This document shows positions 23,851-24,000 of a stretch of 24,000 bases of DNA, one piece after another (position 1 is the stretch's first letter; each line of letters opens with the position of its first letter). The notes beneath the pieces were generated by a model that saw only the letters and a program-made list of their open reading frames with translations, was not told the origin of the DNA and made no database searches. The position numbers were made by a program, and so were the translations under genes. This DNA is from Cenarchaeum sp. (GTDB taxonomy: Archaea > Thermoproteota > Nitrososphaeria > Nitrososphaerales > Nitrosopumilaceae): assembly GCA_020027325.1 (NCBI GenBank), contig JAHRAL010000077.1, positions 15,102 to 39,101 of the forward strand. Direction: 5' to 3'.

Positions 23851-24000
23851 TCATTTTAATGAGTTTTTGTAGGTAGGTCTAAGAACATAATCAATCAGGA
23901 GTGTGAACGTATCCCCGTTCTGGTTGTTGTACCGCCATTCCATCTCCTTGATGTACAAGATAAACTTGGCAGGACTCGTACCGTGATACTTTGCCATCTT
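23851..24000 (-). mobile_element. IS1595-family (ISXO2-like DDE) transposase gene, C-terminal 49 codons; continues beyond the window
   Basis: Manual translation of the minus strand from the window edge gives KMAKYHGTSPAKFILYIKEMEWRYNNQNGDTFTLLIDYVLRPTYKNSLK*. The 'Y.G.S.K....Y.KE.E.RYNN' block is the conserved C-terminal signature of IS1595-type transposases as I recall it. Confidence 0.6.

Noticed and set aside
1-24000. Search for CRISPR arrays, rRNA genes and large tandem or inverted repeats.
   Set aside because: I could see no regularly spaced direct repeats, no rRNA-like conserved blocks and no long repeats by eye. Exhaustive repeat detection needs computation.

Overview
This is a densely packed, high-GC archaeal chromosome segment. 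Many gene junctions are ATGA/TGATG overlaps. AT-rich TATA-like boxes sit about 25-30 nt upstream of many start codons, which suggests mostly leaderless mRNAs. The gene content points to a TACK/Nitrososphaerota (thaumarchaeal, Cenarchaeum-like) genome: nop5-fibrillarin, an Elf1-like zinc ribbon, split transketolase, PyrD/PyrK, a class II-type HMG-CoA reductase and standalone DnaJ. That taxonomic call is inference only.

Core genes, left to right:
- rpe, transketolase C-terminal subunit and transaldolase
- RNase HII, then fibrillarin and Nop5
- pyrD and pyrK
- a 575-aa radical SAM enzyme
- a membrane-domain + C2H2-finger + NDH-2 fusion
- a SirB1-like protein
- tRNA-Ser(GCU) and tRNA-Leu(CAG)
- HMG-CoA reductase with a PQQ-type beta-propeller dehydrogenase
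- dnaJ
- a TrmB-like regulator operon
- apt and mtnP

Two visibly lower-GC patches interrupt this core; GC was judged by eye, not computed.
- About 2845-5800 carries an overlapping C5-cytosine methyltransferase and Cys-rich restriction endonuclease pair, plus two orphan small ORFs.
- About 23400-24000 carries a DUF5678-like small ORF, a short truncated ORF and the 3' end of an IS1595-type transposase running off the window.

Three plausible sub-60-aa genes are missing from the ORF track. No CRISPR array and no rRNA were seen.
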